NCBI GenBank assembly: GCA_963666565.1
Contig: OY762911.1
Location: 1,056,001-1,120,000 of the forward strand
From: Thermoanaerobaculia bacterium
GTDB taxonomy: Bacteria > Acidobacteriota > Thermoanaerobaculia > Multivoradales > Multivoraceae
Length of the DNA stretch: 64,000 nucleotides
Direction: 5' to 3'
In this document: positions 8,680 to 17,122 of the stretch, in pieces
Numbering within the stretch: the stretch's first letter is position 1
Layout: every line of letters starts with the position of its first letter
The notes under the pieces: generated by a model
Told to the model about the DNA's origin: nothing
Seen by the model: only the letters and a program-made list of their open reading frames with translations
The model's database searches: none
Translations under genes and position numbers: made by a program

Positions 8680-8973
8680 ATGACCAAGACCGCCACTTCA
8701 CCCTACGACGTTGCCGAGCACCTGCGTACGCGGGAGGACATGGCGGCGTATCTCGAGGCGTCCATCGAGGAGGCGGACGGCGACGCCGCGTTCGTGGCCA
8801 AGGCGCTGGGCGACATCGCCCGCGCTCAAGGCATGGCGCAGGTGGCAAGCGACACTGGCCTCTCCCGCGAGAGCCTCTACAAGTCCCTGTCAGGGAAGCG
8901 CAAGCCGACGTTCGAGACAGTCCTCAGGGTCGTCGGCGCGCTGGGACTCCAGCTACGCGCGGAGGCCCGGTAG
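8680..8973 (+). CDS. Addiction module antidote protein (HTH antitoxin, toxin-first order)
   Basis: YDVAEHL...ALGDIARAQGMAQVASDTGLSRESLYKSLSGKRKPTFETV. RBS AGGAG. Confidence 0.93.
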   Translation: MTKTATSPYDVAEHLRTREDMAAYLEASIEEADGDAAFVAKALGDIARAQGMAQVASDTGLSRESLYKSLSGKRKPTFETVLRVVGALGLQLRAEAR

Positions 8974-8994
8974 CGCTCGGTACCCGCCAGCCAA

Positions 8995-9260
8995 GCCTCG
9001 CCGGACCTCCATCCGCGTGCCGGCCGGCAACGCCACCGGCTCGACGAACTCGTAGGCGGTCTGCCAGTTGAAGTCGTAGCGGCTGACGCTGAGCAGCTCG
9101 CGCTTTGTGCCCTCCGGGAGGTGCGCCGTGTACGTCATGTCCTTGCCGCGGTAGCGCATGTGCGGCGCCACGGAACGGACGAGGACATCCTCGGTGAAGA
9201 CGTGGTGGGCGCGGCCCTCGTGGTTTGGGTGGCCGGCGGGTATGGTGAAGGCACTGCCTT
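8995..9260 (-). pseudogene. Internal fragment of a Cu type II monooxygenase C-terminal-domain protein (paralog of 40357-41655)
   Basis: FTIPAGHPNHE...VAPHMRYRGKDMTY...LLSVSRYDFNWQTAYEFVEPVALPAGTRMEV. Both ends are missing and the HxH motif is degraded to HMR. Confidence 0.75.
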
Positions 9261-9408
9261 GGCGAAATGGACCGGATTCGTTCCGCGCCGGGGGGTACGC
9301 CGGAAACACGTGCTTCCGCTGAACGCGGTCGGTCCCCTTGCCACGGCCGCGCGGCCAGTGTAGGTTTCGTTGTGATTCTGAAACTCGTCAGGGACGGAGG
9401 AAGTAATC

Positions 9409-9633
9409 ATGGAGAATCTGGGATGTGTACGGGCGGTGCTTCAGCGAGTACCGCAGGAGGACGAAATCCCCGGCCTAGCGGTGTTCGCAGCGACAGGACC
9501 GGAACGCTGCCGGTGGAACGGTTGCGGCGGCAGCTTGACTCGCTACTACTCGGATTGGTGGTACTGCGGGAAATGTCGCTCGCGCTATGTCCAGATACCG
9601 CCGGTGGACGTTCTGGGAAGGAGGACAGATTGA
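9409..9633 (+). CDS. Small hypothetical protein with a putative Zn-ribbon (CxxxxC...CxxC)
   Basis: RBS GGAGG. Sequence RCRWNGCGGSL...WYCGKC. Lies in the lower-GC islet. Confidence 0.5.
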   Translation: MENLGCVRAVLQRVPQEDEIPGLAVFAATGPERCRWNGCGGSLTRYYSDWWYCGKCRSRYVQIPPVDVLGRRTD

Positions 9634-9846
9634 GTGCCTAGCGTGTACAAAGTCGAGTGGGTGCAGGAGGGGGACTGGACGGACGAGGAACGCAAGAAGG
9701 TCGAGGCCATGCTGGATCTGCCCGTTCCACCTACACACGTCGGCGTAGCAATCGTGACCTTCACCGCGACGAAAAGGGTCTTCCGTAGCCGCTGCGTGTA
9801 CGAGGAGATTTTCGACCTAACTAACCGAGTGATGGAAGTTCCATGA
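9634..9846 (+). CDS. Small hypothetical protein
   Basis: GTG start immediately after the upstream stop, purine-rich RBS, protein-like composition. Confidence 0.45.
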   Translation: MPSVYKVEWVQEGDWTDEERKKVEAMLDLPVPPTHVGVAIVTFTATKRVFRSRCVYEEIFDLTNRVMEVP

Positions 9847-9909
9847 ACACAGTGCCGCTGACTATTTGCGATTCGCAAGGCCCCGGCCAGTCGGTGGGGA
9901 GGATGGAAA

Positions 9910-10587
9910 ATGGGGAACCCCAGTAGGCGGCACACGCCTGAGTTCAAGAAGTTCGTTGTGCTGGAGGTTCTGCGCGGAGAGCGAACCCAGAAGAGGATCG
10001 CAGCACGCTATGGAGTCCATCCGAGCCAAGTAAGCGAGTGGAAGCGGCAGGCCCTTGATGGGTTGAGTGAGTCGTTCGTGCGGGACGCCAAGGGTCGGCG
10101 GCGGCGGGAGGAAGCGAAGCCTCGGCGGCAGCTTCCACGTGAGAGACGTTACCCTATTCAAGGTCCGTACTCTCTCGAGACGGAGTTGGACGCCGCGAGG
10201 CTCATGGAGCAGCTCTGGCAGGTTCGTAGGGAGTTAGGGGATGACGTCCTGTTCGGCGCGTTCGTACAGGAGTACGTGCGCGTCCTGAAGCCCCTGGAAC
10301 CATCGGAGGCGCTGTTGATGGCGGAAGCATGGGAGTTGGCTAGAGAGCGCCCCGAACTTCGGCGGATTCTTGCGGCTCTGCCGGGAGAGGTTGTAGGCTT
10401 GATAAAGGCCGCGCTGGCTCTTGACCTTGACCTAAGGGGGCTTACGGACGAACAGCTTTCGAGTGTCTTCGCCCGCGCTCCTCGGCTGCGAAAGGGAGTT
10501 CTCAAGAAACTGAAGGCCTCTGTATCCCGGTCCGACAGCAGCGTTGGCGGTGAACGTTTCAAGCCAGTCAGAGTTGAGAAACGGTGA
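9910..10587 (+). CDS. IS3-OrfA-like HTH (HTH_Tnp_1) fused to an unknown helical domain
   Basis: RRHTPEFKKFVVLEVLRGERTQKRIAARYGVHPSQVSEWKRQALDGL. No DDE OrfB follows. Confidence 0.65.
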   Translation: MGNPSRRHTPEFKKFVVLEVLRGERTQKRIAARYGVHPSQVSEWKRQALDGLSESFVRDAKGRRRREEAKPRRQLPRERRYPIQGPYSLETELDAARLMEQLWQVRRELGDDVLFGAFVQEYVRVLKPLEPSEALLMAEAWELARERPELRRILAALPGEVVGLIKAALALDLDLRGLTDEQLSSVFARAPRLRKGVLKKLKASVSRSDSSVGGERFKPVRVEKR

Positions 10588-10636
10588 CGGTGCGGTTCCG
10601 GTCGCGGCTCGCGTCTTGGGGCACGGACGGTTGCTG

Positions 10637-11545
10637 TTACTCGTACAACCTCCCCGTCGCCCTCGCCCTCTCCAACACCGGCTCATAGATCCGCAACGTC
10701 GCCGCATCCACCAACTGGCCCCCCTTGCCTCCAGCCCCGGCCCCCTTCGCCACCGACTCGTTGTACAGGTCCACCATCTTCTGCGCCTGCTTGATCTCCC
10801 TGGGCGACGGCGCGAAGACGTCGTTGGCAAGCGGAATCTGGTTCGGGTGGATGCACCACTTGCCCACGGCGCCGAGGGTGGCGGCCCAGGTGGCCTGCTT
10901 CAGGTAGGCCTTGTCGTTGCGGAAGTCGCCGAAGGGGCCGTCGATGGCGTCGATGCCGGCGGCGCGGCAGGCGGCGATCATGCGGACGCGGTGGGCGGAC
11001 CACATGTCGCCGGGATAGCGGTAGTCCTTGTCGAGTTCGTGGCCGAATCGCATGCCCATGCTGGCGGAGAGGTCGCCGAAGCCGAGGATGAGCGCTTCCA
11101 GGCGCGGCGAGCAGGTGGCGATCGCTTCCACGTTGGCGAGGCCCTCGGCCTCCTCGATCAGCGCCTCGAGGCCGATCCTGCGGTCGAGCCCGAGCTTCTG
11201 CTCCAGGCCGTCGAGCATCGTCTCGAAGAACCAGATGTCGCGCGGCTGCTTGACCTTGGGCAGGATGATGACGTCGAGGTTCTCGCCGGCGCCTTCCACC
11301 ACGCTGATCACGTCGTCCACGGCCCAGCGGGTGGTGTGGTCGTTGACGCGGACGGAGCGCACCTTGCCGGTCCAGTCGAGGTCGTTCAGGCCGTCGATGG
11401 CGATCTGGCGGGCGCCTTCCTTCCTGTCGGGCGCGACGGCGTCTTCCAGGTCGAGGAAGACGAGGTCGGCCTCGCTCGAGGCCGACTTCTCGACCATCCG
11501 GGGGTTGCTGGCCGGCACCGCCAGCTCGGAACGTCTCAGTCGCAT
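10637..11545 (-). CDS. CoA ester lyase (CitE / HpcH-HpaI aldolase-citrate lyase family)
   Basis: MRLRRSELAVPASNP...FLDLEDAVAP...ILPKV...GFGDLSASMG...AIDGPF...GKWCIHPNQI. True start 11545 with RBS AAGGAG. Confidence 0.93.
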   Translation of the reverse strand: MRLRRSELAVPASNPRMVEKSASSEADLVFLDLEDAVAPDRKEGARQIAIDGLNDLDWTGKVRSVRVNDHTTRWAVDDVISVVEGAGENLDVIILPKVKQPRDIWFFETMLDGLEQKLGLDRRIGLEALIEEAEGLANVEAIATCSPRLEALILGFGDLSASMGMRFGHELDKDYRYPGDMWSAHRVRMIAACRAAGIDAIDGPFGDFRNDKAYLKQATWAATLGAVGKWCIHPNQIPLANDVFAPSPREIKQAQKMVDLYNESVAKGAGAGGKGGQLVDAATLRIYEPVLERARATGRLYE

Positions 11546-12849
11546 GGTTGCTTCTCCTTGTCGTCTCCGTCCGGCCCGGCGTGCTGGCCGATGTCGCTCC
11601 CGGCGCTGACCCCGGCCTCGACCCCGGCGCCGATCCCGAACTGAACGAGGATCTCGTCCCGGTGCTCGTCGAGCAGGGGCGCCCGGCACCGCACGCCGGT
11701 CTTCGTCCCGGTGTACTTGATCGGGCAGCCGACGATCCTGACCGGCGCGTTCTCGCCCGGCAGCTCCACTTCGGCGACCATCTCGCGGACCGCGGTGTGG
11801 GGGCTCTCGAAGATGTCTGCCGCGGTCTGCACCGGGCCGCACGGAACCCGGCCGGCGAGCGCCTCGACGATCTCGTCGCGGGTGTGGGCCCCCGTCCACT
11901 TGGAGACGACCGCCTCCACGAACTCCCGGTTCTCGCGGCGCGCCTTGAAGTCCTTCGAGCGCTCGTCTTCCACCAGGTCGGGCCGACCCATCTCCTGGCA
12001 GAGGATCTCCCACTGCGCCGGCAGGGGCGCGGCGATCGCCACGCCGCCGTCCTTCGCGTCGTAGATGCCGAACGGGGACAGGCTGTGGTGGTGCTTGCCG
12101 CGCGGCGGGAGCTGGTGGCGCAGGCTGGAGCCGTAGTTCGCGAACACGGACTCGCACAGCAGGTTGACGCCGTCGACCATCGCGACGTCCATGAACTGGC
12201 CCTCGCCGGTCCGCCGCGCGTGGTGGACCCCGGCGACGACGCCGAGCGCCATCAGCGTGCCGGGAAACAGGTCGCCGACGGAGGCGCCGCCGGGGTAGCC
12301 CCCTCCGGGACGGTCGTCGTCGCCCCGGGGGCCGTTGACGTGGGCGAAGCCGCCCATCGCCTGGGCGACGATGTCGAAGGCGGGCCAGTCGGCGTGGGGG
12401 CTCTCGCCGGTCCGCGGGTCGCCGAAGCCGCGCAGCGCCGCGTAGACGATCCGCGGGTTGCGCTGGCGGATCGTCTCGTAGCCGACGCCGAGGCGGTCCA
12501 TCACGCCGGCGCGCATGTTCTCGAGCACCGCGTCGGCGCGCTCGCACAGGCGGAGGAAGGTCTCGCGGTCGGCCTCGTCCTTCAGGTCGAGCGAGATGCT
12601 GCGCTTGTTCCGGTTGATGCTGCCGAAGTAGCCGCCGAAGTCGCAGCCGCCGTCGACGCCGGCCTTGCCCTCGGCCGGGTGGACGAAGTCCTCGGGGATG
12701 GGCGGCGAGGGGCGGGACATGTCGCCGGTGGGCGGCTCGACCTTGATGACGTCGGCGCCGAGGTCGGCGAGGATGGCCGAGCCGAAGGGGCCGGCGAGCG
12801 CCATCGTGCAGTCGATGATGACGAGGTCGCTGAGGGGGCCGTGGCTCAT
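11536..12849 (-). CDS. Family III CoA-transferase (CaiB/BaiF)
   Basis: LAGPFGSAILADLGADVIKVEPPTGD...NRNKRSISLDLK...PAFDIVAQAMGG...APLLDEHRDEIL. Confidence 0.94.
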   Translation of the reverse strand: MSHGPLSDLVIIDCTMALAGPFGSAILADLGADVIKVEPPTGDMSRPSPPIPEDFVHPAEGKAGVDGGCDFGGYFGSINRNKRSISLDLKDEADRETFLRLCERADAVLENMRAGVMDRLGVGYETIRQRNPRIVYAALRGFGDPRTGESPHADWPAFDIVAQAMGGFAHVNGPRGDDDRPGGGYPGGASVGDLFPGTLMALGVVAGVHHARRTGEGQFMDVAMVDGVNLLCESVFANYGSSLRHQLPPRGKHHHSLSPFGIYDAKDGGVAIAAPLPAQWEILCQEMGRPDLVEDERSKDFKARRENREFVEAVVSKWTGAHTRDEIVEALAGRVPCGPVQTAADIFESPHTAVREMVAEVELPGENAPVRIVGCPIKYTGTKTGVRCRAPLLDEHRDEILVQFGIGAGVEAGVSAGSDIGQHAGPDGDDKEKQPCD

Positions 12850-12908
12850 GGGGCGGGGCCTGGAGTTGGCGCGGCAGGAGCTCCAGAGTCCGGCGCTTTG
12901 CGCCGGAT

Positions 12909-12934
12909 GCCGGCGGGGACGCCGGCGCACCCGG
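12909..12934 (-). repeat. REP-like hairpin, GCCGGCG-stem variant
   Basis: Reverse complement reads GGTGC-GCCGGCG-TCCC-CGCCGGC, intergenic within the operon. Confidence 0.7.
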
Positions 12935-13000
12935 TTTCCGCCGCGAAGGCTCCTGGGTCGGCGGGCGTGGGCCGCGCTGGGGCTTGAGCGAGCGTTGCGG

Positions 13001-13477
13001 TCAACGGGCGCCCCAGTGCGAGCGGCGCTTGATCAGGACTTCGCGTTCGCCTTCGAAGACGATGGTGCCGTCCTGCTTCGTGCCCCAGTGCTTGAAGCGG
13101 ACGATGCCGGCGTCGTCGCGGTCGGCGTCGCGGGTGGCGAGCACCTCGGTGTAGGCGGTCAGGGTGTCGCCGAGGAAGACCGGCGCGCGGAACCGCAGCT
13201 TGTCGAGGCCGAGCTCGGCGAGCGCGTTCTCGGCCGTGTCCTGGGTCGCCAGGCCGATGACGGTGGAGCCGGTGACGAGGCCGAACACGAGGCGCTGGCC
13301 GAAGGGGGAGTTCCGCATGCGGTCTTCGTTGAAGTGGCCGTCGGCGGTGTTCATGACGAGCTTGGTGAGGAGCTGGCTCTCGACCTCCTCGATTGTGGTG
13401 CCGCGGGCGTGCTGCATCTTCTGGCCGGGGGCGAAGTCCTCGAAGTAGGTGGAGGGGGATGTGAGGGCGGTGGTCAT
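13001..13477 (-). CDS. MaoC family dehydratase
   Basis: YFEDFAPGQKMQHARGTTI...FRAPVFLGDTLTAYTEVL. ATGA overlap with the upstream gene. Confidence 0.9.
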   Translation of the reverse strand: MTTALTSPSTYFEDFAPGQKMQHARGTTIEEVESQLLTKLVMNTADGHFNEDRMRNSPFGQRLVFGLVTGSTVIGLATQDTAENALAELGLDKLRFRAPVFLGDTLTAYTEVLATRDADRDDAGIVRFKHWGTKQDGTIVFEGEREVLIKRRSHWGAR

Positions 13478-13968
13478 GAGGCCGCTTCGCGCCGCTTGGC
13501 GACGAGGTTGGTGCGCTGGTAGCTGACGACCTTCTCGCCGTGCTGGTTGAAGGCCTCCGTCTCCCATGTGACGATGCCGAAGTGGGGCCTGGAGCCGGAC
13601 TCGCGGCGGCCCACGACGCGGCTTGTGCCGGTGATCGTGTCGCCGGGGTAGACCGGGCGGTGGAACTTCACGTCGTTGACGCCGAGGAACGGCCCGCCGC
13701 CTTCGGAGAGGTCCTCGACCGACATGCCGACGACGGTGCAGAGCACGAGCAGCGGGTCGATGACGACCGAGTCGTGGCCGTGGGCCCGCGCGTACTCGGC
13801 GTTGAAGTAGAGCGGGGTGAACCGCATCGTCGCCGTGGCGAAGAGCGCGTTGTCCGCTTCGGTGAGCGTGCGGCCCCAGTGGTGCTGGAAGGTCCGGCCT
13901 TCCTCGAAGTCCTGGTAGCGGTTGCCCTTCTGGCGGAGCGGGAAGGTGGAGAAGTCCGGATCGGGCAT
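13474..13968 (-). CDS. MaoC family dehydratase
   Basis: YQDFEEGRTFQHHWGRTLTEADN...PLYFNAEYA...FHRPVYPGDTI. Confidence 0.9.
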   Translation of the reverse strand: MPDPDFSTFPLRQKGNRYQDFEEGRTFQHHWGRTLTEADNALFATATMRFTPLYFNAEYARAHGHDSVVIDPLLVLCTVVGMSVEDLSEGGGPFLGVNDVKFHRPVYPGDTITGTSRVVGRRESGSRPHFGIVTWETEAFNQHGEKVVSYQRTNLVAKRREAAS

Positions 13969-14147
13969 TGCGGCAGGATTCTAGGCGCTTGCGACGCCGA
14001 ACGCAGCGGAGCGAGTCGGCGGCGCAAGCGCCTGGATGAGGACGGGCTGGGCCGAAACACCGAGTCAGCGAGGTGTTTCGGGGCGCTACCACGCAGTACG
14101 ATGAGCCGCCCTTGAACCGAAGCTCCCCGGAGGATCGATTGAACGAA

Positions 14148-14501
14148 ATGAAGCCCGCGGAGGTCAAGCCCGCAATCAGCATCGATGTCGTCAATCAGCT
14201 CGACGCTCGGGTCGGTACGATCGAGAGCGTCACGGATGTCGAGGGGTCCAGCAAACTCGTCCGACTCCGGGTCGATTTCGGCGACCACAAGCGGACGATC
14301 CTCGCGGGGATGAAGCAGGAGCGCGAAGACCCGACCGAGATCGAAGGTCGTCAGGCGTTGTTCATCGTCAACCTGGAGCCTAGGAAGATGATGGGGGAGA
14401 CCTCGGAGGGCATGGTCTTCGACGTCGGTTACGAGGACGGGATTCAGCCGGCGTTGCTGCTCCCGGAGCGGCCGGTGCCGAACGGCGCTCGGGCTGGTTG
14501 A
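14148..14501 (+). CDS. csaA: tRNA-binding / CsaA-like OB-fold protein
   Basis: LDARVGTIESV...KLVRLRVDFGDHKRTILAGM...IVNLEPRKMMGETSEGM...VPNGARAG. Confidence 0.85.
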   Translation: MKPAEVKPAISIDVVNQLDARVGTIESVTDVEGSSKLVRLRVDFGDHKRTILAGMKQEREDPTEIEGRQALFIVNLEPRKMMGETSEGMVFDVGYEDGIQPALLLPERPVPNGARAG

Positions 14502-14517
14502 GTCACGGTGTGTCGTC

Positions 14518-14664
14518 GCCGCTTCGCGGCGCGTGCTGTTGGCCGCCTCCGGCGGGAGCGGGTCAGAAGACCCGCGCACCCGGCAGGATGGTTGCCGCTT
14601 CGCGGCGCGTGCTGTTGGCCGCCTTCGGCGGGAGCGGGTCAGAAGACCCGCGCACCCGGCAGGA
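14518..14664 (-). repeat. Tandem pair of REP-like units (76-bp period)
   Basis: GCGGGTCAGAAGACCCGCGCACC at 14558 and 14634 with near-identical flanks. Confidence 0.88.
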
Positions 14665-14722
14665 AGCCGCGCCGGCCGCAGGCCGGCTCCGATCGGCCGC
14701 GGCCAGGCTGTACCATCCCCGC

Positions 14723-15109
14723 ATGATTCCCTGGAACGACCTGAAATCGACTCTCGAACAGGATCCCGAGTTCCGCTACACCATCCGGCACTGGACCGCC
14801 AGCCTCCGCCTCAGCGTCGGCGACCGGCACCACGCGATCCGCTTCGAGGACGGTGCCGTCGCCGCGCTCGAACCGTGCGAGGCCGACGCGCCGTGCGACG
14901 TCTTCCTCGCCGGCCCGGAGGAAGAGTGGCGCGAACTGCTGCGCGAGGTGCCGCGACCCTTCTACCAGGACCCGTTCTTCGCCAGCGTGCATCACGGCAT
15001 CGAGATCAACCGCGATCAGCTCGACTACGCCGCCTACTACCCGGCGCTGCGCCGGCTGGTCGGGGTGCTGCGCGAGATGACCGACTCAACCGAGGGAGCT
15101 TCCGCATGA
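14723..15109 (+). CDS. Hypothetical SCP2-like protein
   Basis: MIPWNDLKSTLEQDPEFRY...EWRELLREVPRPFYQD. The ORF-track upstream extension is only REP sequence. Confidence 0.65.
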   Translation: MIPWNDLKSTLEQDPEFRYTIRHWTASLRLSVGDRHHAIRFEDGAVAALEPCEADAPCDVFLAGPEEEWRELLREVPRPFYQDPFFASVHHGIEINRDQLDYAAYYPALRRLVGVLREMTDSTEGASA

Positions 15110-15450
15110 ACGCGTTTCGCCTGTTGCTTGGCCTCATCTTCGGCGTGATCGTCGTCTACACGGTCTTCGTCGCCATGGAGCACGGCCTGGGCCTGCTCGG
15201 CGTCTTCTTCGGCGACATCGCCGAGGGGGGCTGGCCCGGCCAGTTCAACCTGGACTTCATGGGCATGCTGATCCTCTCCGGCTTCTGGATGGCCTGGCGC
15301 AACAACTTCACGCCGGGCGGCCTCGTGCTGGGCGTCGGGGGCCTTTTCTTCGGCGCGCCGTTCCTGACGCTGTACCTCTTCATCCTGAGCCAGCAGACGA
15401 ACGGCGACGTGAAGCGGATGCTCCTGGGCGACGAGCGGGCGGCGGCCTGA
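15106..15450 (+). CDS. Small 3-TM membrane protein
   Basis: MNAFRLLLGLIFGVIVVYT...WPGQFNLDF...GAPFLTLYL. ATGA overlap with the upstream gene. Confidence 0.8.
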   Translation: MNAFRLLLGLIFGVIVVYTVFVAMEHGLGLLGVFFGDIAEGGWPGQFNLDFMGMLILSGFWMAWRNNFTPGGLVLGVGGLFFGAPFLTLYLFILSQQTNGDVKRMLLGDERAAA

Positions 15451-15530
15451 TGCCCGCGTTCGCACGGCCCATCGGCCGCTACCTGGACGCGGTGAAGATG
15501 CTCCTCGGCGACAGGCGGGCGGCGGCCTGA
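15450..15530 (+). other. 26-aa chimeric mini-ORF created by a diverged ~80-bp duplication of the gene junction
   Basis: MPAFARPIGRYLDAVKMLLGDRRAAA*, with TGATG overlaps at both ends. Confidence 0.6.
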
Positions 15531-16426
15531 TGCCCACCTTCGCGCGGCGCGTCGGCCGTTATCTCGACCTTGAGGTCCAGGGCGTCGGCTACGAGGTCTA
15601 CTTCGAGTCGGCCGGCAACCCGGACGGCATTCCGCTGGTGCTCCAGCACACCGCCGGCTCCGACGGCCGCCAGTGGCGCCACCAGTTGGAGGACGAGCGG
15701 ATCGGCCGGCACTTCCACCTGCTGGCTTACGACCTGCCCTACCACGCCAAGTCCGTGCCGCCGGCGGGCGTCGAGTGGTGGAAGCAGGAGTACAGGCTGA
15801 CGAAGAGCTTCCTGCTCGACTTCGTCGCCGCCTTCGTGGGCGAGCTCCAGCTCGAAGACCCGGTCTACATGGGCAGTTCGATCGGCGGCCACCTGGCCCT
15901 CGACCTCGCCCTGCACCGTCCGGGCCTGTTCCAGGCCGTCATCGGGCTGGAGGCGGCGATCAAGTCGGACCCCGGCAACATCGACCTGCTCGACCACCCC
16001 GAGATCAACAACGGTTACAAGGGCGAGCTGATGATCGGCATCACCTCGCCCCTGGCGCCCGAGGCGTTCCGCCGCGAGGTCGGCTGGTGCTACAGCCAGG
16101 GCGCGCCGCGGGTGTTCCGGGGCGACCTCTTCTACTGGGGCACCGACCACGACCTGGGCGACAGAGCGTCGGAGATCGACACGTCGCAGACCCGGGTGTT
16201 TCTGCTCACCGGCGAGTACGACGCGGCCACGCCGCCCGCGGCGTCCGAGGAGGTCGCGGCGCAGATCGAGGGCGCGACGTACCAGACGATGAAGGGGTTG
16301 GGCCACTTCCCGATGTCGGAGGACCCGGAGCGGTTCTACGGCTACATCGGGCCCGTGCTGGCGGAGATCGTGGGAGACCAGACGCGGCTGGGCTCGCCGG
16401 AGTGGTCGCCGGCCGCCGCCGGATAG
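15530..16426 (+). CDS. Alpha/beta hydrolase
   Basis: LQHTAGSD, AYDLPYHAKS, nucleophile elbow GSSIGG, LTGEYD, GLGHFPMSE. Confidence 0.92.
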   Translation: MPTFARRVGRYLDLEVQGVGYEVYFESAGNPDGIPLVLQHTAGSDGRQWRHQLEDERIGRHFHLLAYDLPYHAKSVPPAGVEWWKQEYRLTKSFLLDFVAAFVGELQLEDPVYMGSSIGGHLALDLALHRPGLFQAVIGLEAAIKSDPGNIDLLDHPEINNGYKGELMIGITSPLAPEAFRREVGWCYSQGAPRVFRGDLFYWGTDHDLGDRASEIDTSQTRVFLLTGEYDAATPPAASEEVAAQIEGATYQTMKGLGHFPMSEDPERFYGYIGPVLAEIVGDQTRLGSPEWSPAAAG

Positions 16427-16451
16427 GCCGCAGCCAAGCCGTCCGCACACT

Positions 16452-16552
16452 GGGTGCGAGTGTCGGTGCACGAGCGTCGGTGCGCGGGTCTTCCGACCCG
16501 CTGCCGGCGCAGCCGGCCAGGAAAGCGCGCCGGCCGCAAGGCCGGCTCCGCT
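16452..16552 (+). repeat. REP-like hairpin preceded by extra GGTGC heads
   Basis: GGTGC at 16453, 16465 and 16479, then GCGGGTC-TTCC-GACCCGC and GCCGGC-GCA-GCCGGC. Lies between convergent genes. Confidence 0.8.
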
Positions 16553-16599
16553 ATCTCCCTCGAGAGCGCGCCCGGCCGACCTCTACACGCGCCCCCGAT

Positions 16600-16896
16600 T
16601 CAGACCGTCGCCTGCCGTCGGTAAGGAGCCACGTCGATCAGGTCCTCCCGCTTACGGGCCTGCGTGAGGTCGTAGGTCGCCTGCCGACGCAGCCAGAACT
16701 CGGCATTGGACCAGCCCGCCTTCTCCAGCCGGATGGCCATCTCGGGCGAGATCGCCGCGTGGCCATTCAAGACCCGCGACAGCGTGTGCCGGGCAACGCC
16801 CAGCACTTTCGCCGCAGCGGTCACGTTCAGGCCGAGCGGCTCCAGGCAGTTCTCACGGATGCTATGGCCGGGATGGGGAAGGTTGATCATCGCCAT
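16600..16896 (-). CDS. higA: HigA family antitoxin (orphan)
   Basis: [71 protein letters not shown]. No HigB gene upstream. Confidence 0.9.
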   Translation of the reverse strand: MAMINLPHPGHSIRENCLEPLGLNVTAAAKVLGVARHTLSRVLNGHAAISPEMAIRLEKAGWSNAEFWLRRQATYDLTQARKREDLIDVAPYRRQATV

Positions 16897-17113
16897 GTTG
16901 CCGTCCTTCGCCGCTCTTGAGCCGGCTGTACTCCCGATTCCACTCGGAGAGCGACTCGGGCGCCGGAAGCGGCGCCATCGCCACGAGCCTGTCGACCGCG
17001 TCCAGTTGACGCCGCCGCGTGTCTGGCGCCACGCAGACCTTCTCGACGGCTGCATCGCGCTTCTGATCGATGTCGCCCACTTCAGGTTCCTCCCACGGTC
17101 CGGCCGATGTCAC
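16862..17113 (-). other. Short ORF, possibly an antitoxin remnant
   Basis: 83-aa ORF occupying the position where HigB would be. [21 protein letters not shown] resembles antitoxin tails. Confidence 0.35.
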
Positions 17114-17122
17114 AGGAGAGCG

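Noticed and set aside
9910-10587. Active IS3-family insertion sequence
   Set aside because: No DDE OrfB, slippery site or terminal inverted repeats seen. Reported as an HTH fusion instead.
11546-12547. Long N-terminal extension of the CitE-like lyase (636-aa ORF); likewise the extensions of ORFs starting at 43683, 44348, 30835, 33627, 34814 and 38527
   Set aside because: The extensions overlap upstream genes in another frame and are Arg/Pro-rich noise. Starts were reassigned to RBS-supported or coupled codons.
14518-14664. Possible CRISPR repeat-spacer unit
   Set aside because: The whole 76-bp unit is duplicated, including the would-be spacer. It is a tandem REP.
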